From Podarcis pityusensis (taxonomy: Eukaryota): 64,000 nucleotides of DNA. The notes beneath the pieces are model-generated. The model searched no databases, was not told the DNA's origin, and worked only from the letters and a program-made list of their open reading frames with translations. Position 1 is the stretch's first letter, and each line of letters starts with the position of its first letter. Below, piece by piece: positions 13,557-27,000 of this stretch. The stretch lies in NCBI GenBank assembly GCA_964106645.2, contig OZ067040.1, one strand, 5' to 3'. The position numbers and the translations under genes were made by a program.

Positions 13557-14938
13557 TATATGTAGCTTTCGTATCTGACCTGATGTACATGCATTTTGTA
13601 CTTAGTTGTTGAAACCCAAATTCAGCATGTCTCACAGAAGAACCTGCAAGTCCAACCATGTTGATTCTGTCTCTTCTATCAACTGCATCTCTTTGTCTGA
13701 AATGCTTCCTCTATTTCCACCCAGAAAAAGGGGGGAGAACAAAAGCTGATCCGAGCTACCTACATTTCTCCAAACCCAAATACGTTATGTGCTGGACTCT
13801 GTGAGGCAGCCAATTCTTGGATTCTAGGGAGCTTATTTACCCAGCGGCCGCGCTTAACAGCTTTGCTGTTTATTTGATCGCTTAATGGAGAGGTTTTTAT
13901 TGTTCTCATTTTAAACCCTTCTAATAAAAAGCAGGAGGTAAAAGAAGCCACAGGGGCCATTTCTACACTTGCTCATTGTTTGATCAGCCGACTGGGCTGT
14001 TAACATAGCAAAGTTGGCAAGGCCATTAAGCCTTCTGTCATCTGCAGCAAATAATGGCTGGCCATTTGTGTAATTTGTGGTCTCTGGCTTCTCTCTGAAA
14101 TTATCATGGATGTAGACTTGATTCCTTGTTAATGGGAAGGTTGGAGCATCTTCAAACTTTAATTATCTGAATGTGGGATTCAGTTCTGTGGGATTCAGAC
14201 CCTCCCACTTTGCAAAACACAAGCAAAGTGTTGACAGCAGGGTGTCTGTTTATACATAGAAAGAAAAATGGATGGCTTACTTCCCTTCCAGAAATCCCCC
14301 CTTTTTTCGTTTCATAGTTTTAAAAAGTAATATAAGAAATTAGGACTGATAAATATTTACAGCTCTTTTCAGGCATTGGCAGCTCACCCCCCATCTGTTA
14401 GGACATTCAGCTCCTGTTAAGTATTTTGTGTGTAAAAGTGAGGAAAGCTGCCCAGAGTGGCTGGGGCAACCCAGTCAGATGGGTGGGGTACAAATAATGA
14501 TTTTTTGTTGTTGCCTCTCATGTGGAGCACAGCAGCAAAAAGTTCGTTAGTTGCTCAAACCACTGAGCAACTATTTATATTATTTTATTTATATTAAGCA
14601 TTGATGCATGCATATGTTTTAAATGATGGTTAGGAGCTCCTGATTTAGTACTCTCCTTCCTTAAGTTAGATCTGCAGGTTGTGGTGCCCATTCAGATGGA
14701 GCCATTATCAAAACTGAAACAATTCCATGTTTCTCCTATTCATGATAGGAAGGCAATGCAGATGTACACTGCGAGTGACTCAACTTGATTGGCACATCCT
14801 GGTTTATTATCCACACTTTGATAAGAAGTGTGGCATTTTGTGGAAAATTACAAATAAATTGTCTTGCCTTTCGTTGGTGTGTCAGCATTTGCAGCAGCAA
14901 ACAGGATCACACGAATGCGCAAACGTTTCAGCTTGTAA

Positions 14939-15268
<330 letters not shown>

Positions 15269-15812
15269 TAGATTTTTTTCTGGGCCCTCGCACCTCTTCT
15301 TCTTGCGCATGACTTGTTCTTTTGAAGTAGAGTAGGGCTGCAATCACGCTGGATAATAAGGCACCAGGGTCATGTCCCTGGGGGGTAAACTTTCAGGGGA
15401 TGCATGGCAATGATGGGTGGGGTTGGAGTCCAAAATGGGTGTGGTCACCCCGTGCGCTCCCCCTCCTCCTCTACATCTTCTTCCTTGCCTATGGTTTGCC
15501 AGAGCTGAGGCAAAACACTCTTGCCAGAGATCTGAACTGATGGCTTACAGAGGGCTGCTCCCCCTCCTTCAACCACTCCGTCTGTTTCAGCTGCCCCCTT
15601 TCCATTTTCCTGCTCCCACCCTCCTTTTCCGCCCACATGAAGTTAAGCCAAATTTCACATTCAGGTTTCCCACCCCTGCAAGCCAGTTTGCCAGTTAGGG
15701 TCAGAACTAGCTGGGTTGGGATATTTTGGCTGAGGCAAGCTGGGGTAGCTGCCAGGCGCCCAGGTCTTTTTTTCACTTTGCAGTATAAGAAAAGAAGAGG
15801 TCTCATTCTTAG

Positions 15813-15989
<177 letters not shown>

Positions 15990-16697
15990 TAAACTGCCAG
16001 GCAAACAGCTGAGAGTCTTTGAATGCATTTCATTGCAAGCTGAAATGGACCAGCCTTTCTCAACCTATTGCCCTCCAAATGTTTTGGCCTTCCATTTCAA
16101 TCAGCCCCAGCTAGCATGGCCAATGGCCAGGTATGGTGGGAGTGGTTTATTTATTCAGTCATTCATTCATTTCATGAAATTCATATGCCACTCGATTGTA
16201 AAGACAAAACCAACAACAGCAGCTACCCCAAAGAGGTTTGTGAAAAGAATCTGAACCCTGATCTCCCAGGTCTGATCTAGTCCAATACTCTCATCGCTAG
16301 AGCACACTGGTACATTGGTACATACATTCATTTTTATTATGAATGAGTGCTGGCAATGAAAAGCGTTCTTGATGTCTTGAAATATGGTATACTTCCTTCA
16401 GAATCTGTGGTGGTTCTATTTTTCTGAATTATTTTGTGATTTGTCTTTTGTAGAAATTTATATTTTACTCATTAATTGTGTATTTAATTATATTAATTGT
16501 GTGTGTTAAATAATAGTAACTATATTGTGAACGCTTTGATTTACAATATGGAAATTTAATTCAGTGTGTGGCTCACGGGTTCTGTGTCAAAGTACTATCA
16601 TGGCCCACTTGGCCTGAGAGGTTGGACCACCCTGAACCAGACCAATGGCACTATCTGAAACAGAGTCAAAATTTTGCCATCAAATGTTCTTAATTAA

Positions 16698-17033
<336 letters not shown>

Positions 17034-17761
17034 TAAAAATTAAGGGCTGGATCCAAGCTCAATCATGTTCAGAGTAAGACGTATGAAATATCTCAGACTT
17101 GTTAAGACCAGCAGCAAAGCTCTGCAGAATGCCTCTCCTCTCACCATGTTGGCAAGAGGGGAGGCATTCCACCACCCAGCTTTGCTACTGGGCGGGAAGG
17201 AAACTTTGGAAACTGATACTCCTTCAAGAGAAGTGCTCCCCTCCCCACTGTAGTCTGGTGGGCTGGCAAGGCTTAACGAGGCCTTCTCTGAACCTCATGC
17301 CCCTCTCCACTGTGGAGGTGGCAGGGGGTGTTTTGTCTCCAGTGCTGAAATGTCCCAGGCCACCCCTGTGCACTCACAGCCTGCTTGCAGGCTTCCCACA
17401 GGCATCCAATTGGCCGCTGTGAGAAAACACGATGCTGGACTAGATAGGCCATTGGCATGATCCAGCAAAGATTTTCTTCTGATCTTAAGCATATGTTTGT
17501 GCCCATACATCTCCTCTTCAAATGTTACAGGAAAAGTTTGAAAACACTGCAACTTGTCTATGTGTAATTTCACTCTTTGTTAAAATGCCTATATTAGGGG
17601 TCACACAGCTTCCCAAGCCCCCCTGATTTTGATGGCAGCCATAGTGAAACGAAAGCATATTTAAAGCAGGCACAGTGTGGGGTGGATTGCTCCCTCCCCA
17701 GTCATTAGTTTGATCGAGTGCAGAGGGGGATATAACCCTCCCAATCCAGCTCCTTTCTATG

Positions 17762-17999
17762 GAGAAGAAGAAGAGGAGTTTGGATTTGATATCCCGCTTT
17801 ATCACTACCCAAAGGAGTCTCAAAGCGGCTAACATTCTCCTTTCCCTTCCTTCCCCACAACAAACACTCTGTGAGGTGAGTGGGGCTGAGAGACTTCAGA
17901 GAAGTGTGACTAGCCCAAGGTCACCCAGCAGCTGCATGTGGAGGAGCAGAGACGCAAACCCGGTTCCCCAGATTACGAGACTACCGCTCTTAACCACAC
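17762..17999 (-). mobile_element. CORE/MIR-like SINE with (CTT)n tail
   Basis: ctgtgaggtgagtggggctgagaga...gactagcccaaggtcacccagc CORE-like segment; tRNA-like head on the minus strand. Confidence 0.7.
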
Positions 18000-18177
18000 T
18001 GGCTCTCTGGAGGGTGTGTGTGTGCCTGTGTGTTTGAATAAGAGAGCGGGGCCAGAAACAACCACTGGGGCCACACTGACCGCTGGCATGTAGTGCTTGG
18101 AGGGTTGACCAAAGGCCAGTGTGGCCTTTGACTCAAGAAAGCTTAACCACTCCTGGCCTATGCATTTCTCTATGCAG

Positions 18178-18281
18178 GGATTAGAAGACCAATCTTCTCA
18201 AGCTCCTTCTGCCAAAAGCCACAGAGGGTCGAAGAGCAGCAGTCTGACAACCTCACTGGACAGCCTGCCTTCAGAGGAAAG
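18178..18281 (+). CDS. TOGARAM2: TOGARAM2 coding exon (inter-TOG linker)
   Basis: atgcag|GGA...AG|gtatgg; GLEDQSSQAPSAKSHRG...; phases 0 and 2 fit both neighbours. Confidence 0.88.
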
Positions 18282-18699
18282 GTATGGAGCACCCCTTTGC
18301 TCTTCTAAACTACTCTGCATGCTCAGAGCTGTTTTTCTTTTTGCTATCTTTTAGCATGATATGTTTTCGTGGGATCCATTGTGGTTTCCTCCATTCAATA
18401 AAAATGTCTCCTGAAAAGGCCCTTGATTGTGTTATTGAATGAAATTACCAGAAGCATGTGCTGCCCATCCCCATGAATCCTAGCCCCTTGCTCTCTAAAC
18501 CATAGACAGGACCTTCCTGATTTCCTCCACCTCAGCCTTCTTTCACTTTCCCCGCTTCCATTTTTTTGCCAGTCATCTTCCAGTTTGGCACATCCGATAA
18601 CTTTACAGCCAAAGGGAATTATGTGGGTTCAGTAAGTTAAAACATTTTGCTTCAGTGCACTATACATTTTGAATTTCAAAAATTGTGTTGGTGCTGAGT

Positions 18700-19127
18700 T
18701 AGGGATTGAGGAAAAATTCATTTCAGCTTGCATTCAAAAGTGAACCTGCCCAATTGGCCCTTCCCAAAACAACTGAAGAACTGAAACACAGCTGTCTTTC
18801 AGCGTATGCAGTTATTAATGTTTTGCAGGACAGTTCTCCAACTGAGTAATGTGTTACCAAAAATGCAGATACTAAAGTGTGCATAACATGCATATATTCA
18901 AGAAAATAACCTACAAAAAGCCATTAAATTATGAAAATTGTGTACAAAAATATATAGCAGGCAAAACTGCATATAAAAGTGTGTGCATTAGGATAAATTC
19001 ACACTAAGACATGTATGAATTTTCATGAGGATTCTTTTTAACAACCACAACCACAAACTGATGTGGAAACGTGGAAGAACAGAAGCTATGATTGAAAAAA
19101 TGAGAAACAGACAATTCCCCCACTCCT
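18700..19127. repeat. Lizard interspersed repeat starting TAGGGAT, with further copies at ~34104-34460 and ~47483-47650
   Basis: Three diverged homologous copies (aaattc.ttcag.t.gcatt.aaa.g.gaa.ct.ccca.attc...); family not identified. Confidence 0.6.
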
Positions 19128-19227
19128 AGTCATGAGAGCAATGTAATCGGGCAATGTAATTGAGTGCTGTCATTTAAGTACTATGAATGCATAACACAAT
19201 GAATAAACCTTTGGTTCTCAATACCAG

Positions 19228-19426
19228 CTCTGTCCCAGATGTCCTAAGCATCCCGCAGGTGGTGGCTCGCCGCTCGTCCCTTCGCAGCATCGAAATGATG
19301 GAGCAGCTCAAGGAGCTGAACAAGATGCTGGTGGCGAAGGAATTCCAGATGCGAATGGAGGGAGTGGCGTTGCTAATGGAGCACTGCAGGAACAACCCCC
19401 AGCTTGTGTCCTCAAATATCATACAG
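19228..19426 (+). CDS. TOGARAM2: TOGARAM2 coding exon
   Basis: accag|C...CAG|gtactt; ...EMMEQLKELNKMLVAKEFQMRMEGVALLMEHC...; only this acceptor keeps the frame. Confidence 0.9.
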
Positions 19427-20935
19427 GTACTTGGATGCCATACATTTGGGTGCCAGTAGCCTAATACAGGTGACCCATTCGTTGAGATTAGGTTGGGCCA
19501 TCTTAATCCCGATTCCCTACTCAGTTTAACTGATGGGCGAACTATGTATTATGTGAGATACATGGCTGTGCCTTTAAGCACAGATTGGTAGTGTAATGGG
19601 GGAAGGAGGTTTAATCCTTGGCCCTACTGTGGTTGTGATCCAGATTTGGGGGCTCTGTACCTGTAAGTACAATAAAAGAGATCGAAATGGAAAGATCCTC
19701 TCTCCCAATTCAAATTGCACAATTTGGATTATGGCTACAGTGGGGAGTAAAGTTTCTGAGCCTCACCCTGTTGGGAAATTGTGTACGTGCAGCTACTCAC
19801 ACAGAGGCAATTAAGGTTTGGCAGACAGCCAGAAGGTCATGTGAAGGAGTAAGTCTGCCTGGTGATAACAGAGACATGGAGACAGCTCCCTGATTGGTCA
19901 AGCTCTCTCAAGGGAGTGATAATTAATGGCCTACTAACTGGAATGTGTTAGTTCTGGAGTTCAGTGTTCAGAGTTCTGTGTGTCAGTGTAGGAGTTGTGA
20001 GTCGTGTATGAGAGAGCTAGCTAAAGATCCGTGTTCTGTTCCTGTAAATAGTCCACTGTATATAATAAACACCTAACTATAAGTTCCTGGTTCCTGCTTC
20101 GTCTATCCTGTTTGCAGCCAAGTCGCCAATTGCTTCTGTGGATTCTGCGTTTACTCTGCTAGGTCTGGCTAAGGTCCTGCAACTAGTCAGAAAGTTGCAA
20201 AAAACCAAATAGGTTTTGCCATGCTAATATTCCATTTTGAGTTACAGCCCCTTGCTAAGATCCCAGTGTAGATTGCTAGCGCTTAAATGCACAACTACAT
20301 AGCTAATATAACATATATTTTGCCCTTATGTAAGGGCAATGTTCAATGTGCTGCTGTTTCTGAAGAACCTTCGTAGCAGTTGCTGCTTCTTGGCCTCCAT
20401 CTCTCTGTAAACTGTGGAAAGAAGAGATCTTGGTTTGTTTACAGGTTGTATACAGGAGTTAAAAACAAAACAAAACTGCTTACTTTCAAGAGGGCAGGGA
20501 GGTAACTATAGAGCACCACATCCTATTAATGACCCAAAGAATCAATCAATCAGTCAGTCAGTCAGTCAGTCAGTCAGTCAGTCAATGCCCTCCCTTAACT
20601 ACATGTTGCTGATCCTGGCTTGATTATTCCTTCACCATCATAGAGCTAACTTTTGTAAAACTTCCTCAACATAACGCAGTAAATTAGACAAGGATATCTC
20701 CCTATCTCAAACCAAAATTATCCCCAGTTTTTTAGTTTGGTTTGTTAGGAGCTATCTCTCCACTATGAGAAATGGTAGTACGTACAAAAGGAGGTTCTGA
20801 TGGCTGTGAAGACACTATATTGAAATGTTTTGCTTCCATATGTAGACTTGTAACTGACTCTGTTTCTCCACTTTTCTGTGCTAACAGCGCAGTATGCTAT
20901 TTACAGTAGGATTTACTTGTTCTTTTTTGTGTTAA

Positions 20936-21340
<405 letters not shown>

Positions 21341-22029
21341 TGAGGAGCAGCCATTGCTTGTTTATCTCAGAATCCAAATTGTGTAACTTGATATCTGAGT
21401 CTATAAGCTGACCTCATAGCTACAGCCTAATTTGGTTTTTGGGTTTTTTTTCTTCTTTTCTTCATCTGCCTTACCCAGAGTTGGCTCAATATATTTTGCT
21501 GCCTGAGGAAGAAATGGAATTCTGTGTGCTGCCCCCTTTCAGGATACATTGTACCCATGGCCAGCCATGTTCCTTTGGCATCTGATGCAGAAAATCCTAC
21601 TCCCACAAGCATTCCCCTTCTGAAGAGAAAAAATATAGTAACAAACTCACAGAGCAACTCTAATGAAAGAAAACCGACATAATTTATGACAGCTTAAGTT
21701 TAATATTTTAGCCCTTTTGTTTGTTTATTGCTTATGGAGAGATGTGCTGGTTTTTGTTTTTTTTTAAACTGTGCTACTTTGGTTCTACTTTTGTCTACAC
21801 AGAGTAAACCTGTTTCTGGAGCTGTAAATCTGCCACCTTTCCCCTGTGCTAAATTCTTACAAGAAAAGAAATGTTATGCATGTGGAATGACGGCAGACTT
21901 GGAGCTGAAATGAGAGATGACCTTTCAGTGAGGGTCACTAGGGGAAAATGTTGCGCTGCTGTCAGGGAATAACGCCTCATTAAAAGCTTGTACAGTGTGA
22001 TTAAAGTGACTTGTCCTGGGTGTTCTGTA

Positions 22030-22271
22030 CAGTGGTACCTCAGGTTAAGTACTTAATTCGTTCCGGAGGTCCGTACTTAACCTGAAACTGTTCTTAACCT
22101 GAAGCACCACTTTAGCTAATGGGGCCTCCTGCTGCTGCCGCGCCGCCGGAGCACGATTTCTGTTCTCATCCTGAAGCAAAGTTCTTAACTTGAAGCGCTA
22201 TTTCTGGGTTAGCGGAGTCTGTAACTTGAAGCGTATGTAACCTGAAGCGTATGTAACCCGAGGTACCACTG
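22030..22271. mobile_element. Tigger/pogo-like MITE (TIR CAGTGGTACCTC.GGTT, TA TSD)
   Basis: ta|CAGTGGTACCTCAGGTTA...TAACCCGAGGTACCACTG|ta; 242 bp. Confidence 0.9.
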
Positions 22272-23163
22272 TACTCAGTAGGAGCAGATACATTTGCGTA
22301 TTGCTCTTGATACTAGGGTGTTCAGAAAATATTGATTTCAAATAGAATTTGGGTGTTATAAAATTAGCTTTATGTTGAAGGCTGGACCAACATATGCATT
22401 ACAACTGTGTCTAAGATGCAAGGGTAAATGCTATAATTTCAGATTTCCGGTGTGGATCCACATTTTTCATTGTTCACCGCATTAAAAATTCCATGCATGT
22501 AGAAATTTAGGACATCAAGGGGAGAGGTTCTGGTCCTGCCATCTCCCTGCCATGCTGGTTTTCTACTTGCAGGAAATATGTTGGAGAATATTAAGAAATG
22601 TGATGTTTCAGACCTGCGGTTTGAACCTGAACATTCTGCCACCACAATCCCATCTCATTCTGCAGCATGTGGAGAGATACAGCCCAAAAAGAGTCCTGAA
22701 CATGCTTATTAGAAGGCAGGACTAAAGCCAGGACGGAAGCAAAGTATTGAAGACTATGTAACTTACTTCTGAGCAAACATGTATAGGCTTACATAGTTAG
22801 GAGACTTTGACCTGGACCAATGAGCATGTTTGAAAGGTAGAATCAAGTAGAACTATGGGCTGGGAGCGTGGGATGGGTTTAGAAGGTTAGAACAAACCAA
22901 TGGAAAACACTTGAGACACATAGCTTGGGTTTCAGCAGCATTTTCCATCACAGCAGTTCTTCATGTTAGCCTGCTAAACATGGATTGGCATTTCTGGTGG
23001 CTTTCAGCATGTTGAACCAGTCTTGTGAATGCTCTGCATGTGCTCAGATTGTAAGTTGCCATATCCTGGAAGTCCTTTCCAAAGCATGTTGGATGTGAAG
23101 AATGTTGAAATCCATGGAAATAGTTGACTTCTATGAATATTGTCATGAAGCAGTTTTATGTTA

Positions 23164-23236
23164 TAAAGGTAAAGGGACCCCTGGCCATTAGGTCCAGTTG
23201 CGGATGACTCTGGGGTTGTGGTGCTCATCTTGCTCA
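23164..23236 (-). mobile_element. Older Sauria SINE 3' fragment
   Basis: taaaggtaaagggacccctgg...gactctggggttgtggtgctcatct is the reverse complement of a Sauria SINE 3' end. Confidence 0.75.
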
Positions 23237-23609
23237 GGTAAAAGGTAAAGGTAAAGGTACCCCTGCCCGTACGGGCCAGTCATGTCCGACTCTAGGGTTG
23301 TGCGCCCATCTCACTTAAGAGGCCGGGGGCCAGCGCTGTCCGGAGACACTTCTGGGTCACGTGGCCAGCGTGACGAAGCTGCTCTGGCGAGCCGGCACCA
23401 GCGCAGCACACGGAAACGCCGTTTACCTTCTCGCTATAAAGCGGTACCTATTTATCTACTTGCACTTAGGGGTGCTTTCGAACTGCTAGGTGGGCAGGAG
23501 CTAGGACCGAAAGACGGGAGCTCACCCCGCCGCAGGGATTCGAACCGCCGACCATGCGATCGGCAAGCCCTAGGCGCTGAGGTTTTACCCACAGCGCCAC
23601 CCGCGTCCC
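23237..23609 (-). mobile_element. Young Sauria SINE (CpG-rich) with TSD atcttgctca
   Basis: Minus strand begins GGGACGCGGGTGGCGCTGTGG, has a GGTTCGAATCC B-box and an (ACCTTT)n tail. TSD at 23227-23236 and 23610-23619. Confidence 0.9.
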
Positions 23610-24009
23610 ATCTTGCTCAACTTGGTATCAAATCCAGTTTCTAACAAATGTACAGCTGAGAACACTTAGCGTCAGAGGCATAAATTATTAATAATAATAT
23701 TTTTTTTTTTTTTCCAGAATGAAAATATTTATTAGGGTTTAGAATAAAAATAGATATAATAAACAATATAACATATGTCTTAACATAATTTCACATTTTC
23801 TTTGGACTTCCTCACATCTCCCGCTCCCACTTTCATCATTATAACATTTTGCCAGCAATTTATCATCTTGTTTACATTCTTATATCCCATCTGTGTATTT
23901 ATAATCTTATAATTCTCAAAAAAATTTATATTTTCCCAATCTCACTTATTATCTTATCTTAAATCATCTAATTTAGTGGTGCTCAGTTGTTTATGATCTA
24001 GCATCCTGC

Positions 24010-27000
24010 TTAGCATTCAGTCAAATTACAGTATTTTTGTAAATAAGTCTTAAATTTCTTCCAGTCCTCCTCCATCTTCTCCTCTCCCAGGTCACGGATT
24101 CTGCCGGTCATCTCGGCCAATTCCATATAGTCTATCAGTTGCATCTGCCATTCTTCCAGTGTGGGTAGATCTTGAGCTTTCCAGTGCTTTGCAAGAAGTA
24201 TCCTCGCTGCTGTTGTTGCATACATAAAAAATGTCCAGTCCTTCTTTACCACCCCTTGGCCGACAATACCCAAAAGAAAGGCCTCTGGTTTCTTTGTGAA
24301 GGTATACTTAAATACCTTTTTCAATTCATTATAAATCATTTCCCAGAACGCCTTCACTTTAGGGCATGTCCACCAGAGGTGGAAGAATGTTCCTTCGCTC
24401 TCTTTACATTTCCAACACTTATTATCAGACAGGTGGTATATTTTTGCAAGTTTGACTGGGGTCATATACCATCTATATATCATTTTCATTACATTTTCTT
24501 TCAAAGCATTGCATGCAGTACATTTCAACCCAGTACTCCACAACCTTTCCCAGTCCTCAAACATGATATTATGCCCAATGTCCTGCGCCCACCTTATCAT
24601 AGCCGATTTAACCATTTCATCTTGTGTATTCCATTTTAACAGCAAGTTATACATCCTTGAAAGTACCTTAGACTTTGGTTCTAACAGTTCTGTTTCTAGT
24701 TTCGATTTCTCCACCTGGAACCCTAGTTTCTTGTCGTTTTTAAAGACTTCTTTAATCTGAGCGTAATGTAACCAGTCTCGCACTTTATCCTTCATTTTCT
24801 CCAAGCTCTGCAATTTCCAATTGTCTCCATCTTTTTCTAGTATTTCCCAATATTTTGGCCATTTAGCCTCCATATTGGGTCTTTTTCGGGCCTTGGCTTC
24901 CAAAGGTGAGAGCCACCTTGGAGTTTTGTTTTCCAGCAAGTCTTTATATTTTGTCCAGACATTAAACAGTGATTTTCTGACAATATGGTTCTTAAAGGCC
25001 TTATTGGCTTTAACCTTGTCGTACCATAAGTATGCATGCCATCCAAAAGTATTATTAAACCCTTCCAAATCCAACACGTCAGTGTCTTCAAGAAGCAGCC
25101 AGTCTTTTAGCCAGCAGAACGCTGCGGCCTCATAGTACAACTTTAAATCTGGCAGGGCAAAGCCCCCTCTTTCTTTCGCATCAGTTAATATCTTAAACTT
25201 AATTCTGGGCTTTTTGCCCTGCCAGACAAACTTAGAAATATCTCTCTGCCACTTCTGAAAACACTCCGTCTTGTCCACAACCTGAAGTGTTTGAAACAAA
25301 AACAACATCTTTGGCAATACATTCATCTTGATAGCAGCAATTCGGCCTAACAAAGACAGTTTCAATTTTGTCCAACTATCTAAATCTCTCTTAATTTCTG
25401 CCCAACACTTTTCATAGTTATCCTTAAATAGACTTAGATTTTTTGCTGTTATGTTTACCCCTAGGTACTTTACTTTTTTAACCACATTCAGTTCTGTCTC
25501 TTTCTGAAACCGTTCTGACTCTGTGTCTGTCAAATTTTTCCCCAAAACCTTAGTTTTCTGTTTATTTAGTTTGAATCCCGCCACCCGACCAAAGTCATGA
25601 ATCAGTTGTAATACTCTTTTCGTACTAGACTCTGGCTCCTGCAGGGTCAAAACCAGGTCATCTGCGAAAGCTTTTAATTTATATTGTTTCTCTCCGACCT
25701 GAATTCCTTCCACCAACCGATCCCCTCTAATCTTATTCAGGAGCACTTCCAGAACCGAAATAAATAACAAAGGGGAAATAGGGCAGCCTTGTCGTGTTCC
25801 TTTTTCAATTTTAAACTCTTCTGTAACCACATTGTTAACTATCAGTTTAGCTTTCTGCTCTGAATATATCGCTTCAATCCCATTCTCAAAACCCCGTCCC
25901 ACTCCCATTTCTTTTAGATTTCCCTTCATAAATTTCCAGGAAATGTTGTCAAAGGCCTTCTCCGCATCTATAAAAATTAGAACTGCTTTTGTATTTATGT
26001 CTGTTTGCAAAAGTTCCAGAATGTCAATAATGTTCCTTGTATTAGCAAACAAGTGTCTGCCTGGGAGAAAGCCTGCCTGGTCCTTGTGAATTACTTCATT
26101 TAAAACTTTTTTAAGTCTACTTGCCAAAATGTCTGCAAATATTTTGTAATCCACATTTAAAAGAGAGATGGGACGATAGTTCTTAAGTTGTGTCTTTTCA
26201 GCTTCCGACTTTGGTATCAATGTGATAAACGCTTCCTTCCACGACTCCGGCGCCCTCTTCCCCTCCATAATTTCGTTGCTGACCTCCATCAAAGGTTGTA
26301 TCAAACAATCTTTTAGTGTCTTATAGTACTTGGAGGTCAGCCCATCTGGCCCTGGAGATTTGCCCAATTGCATATTTTGAATGGCCTGTTCAATCTCTTG
26401 TGGTGTTATTTTGCAATTCAGGATTGTCCTATTTTCTTGTGACAATTTTGGTAATCCATTTTTTGCCAAAAATTGTTTAATCTCAGCTTCGTCTTGCGGC
26501 CCTTGAGTGTATAATTTTTTAAAGTATCTCTGGAAACACTTTCTAATGTCCACAGGATTCTGGATATTTCTTCCTTCAATCTCTAGATTTGTAACCGTAT
26601 TTAATCTTTGTCTTCTCTTCAACTGCCAAGCTAGCAGTTTTCCACATTTATTCGCCGACTCAAACGTTTTTTGTTTCATTAATTTAACCTTCCACTCTAT
26701 TTCCTGGTTTATCAATTTGGAATATTGTACTTGATAGAGTTTAATTTCTCTCAAAGTTGGCTGTGACTTCGGGTTTAATCTTAACTTCTTCTCTAATTCT
26801 TTTATTTTATCCAGAATCTTGTCTTTTCTCTCATTTTGTGTCCTTTTCTTTACTGCATTCTGTTGTATCAAGAATCCCCTCATAACGGCTTTGCTTGCGT
26901 CCCAAACGATTCTTTTTTCCACCGAGGTGTTCATATTTATCTCAAAATAGTCCTTCAAAGCTTTTTGGGCCTTCTTGGTAATCTCCTGATCTCTAAACAA

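Noticed and set aside
19238-19258. Alternative acceptors for the TOGARAM2 exon at 19228
   Set aside because: Both would shift the reading frame relative to the phase-2 donor at 18281.
19769-20185. Solo LTR (TGTTGGGA start, CCAAT-like box, AATAAA)
   Set aside because: LTR-like composition, but I could not find a matching right terminus or TSD.
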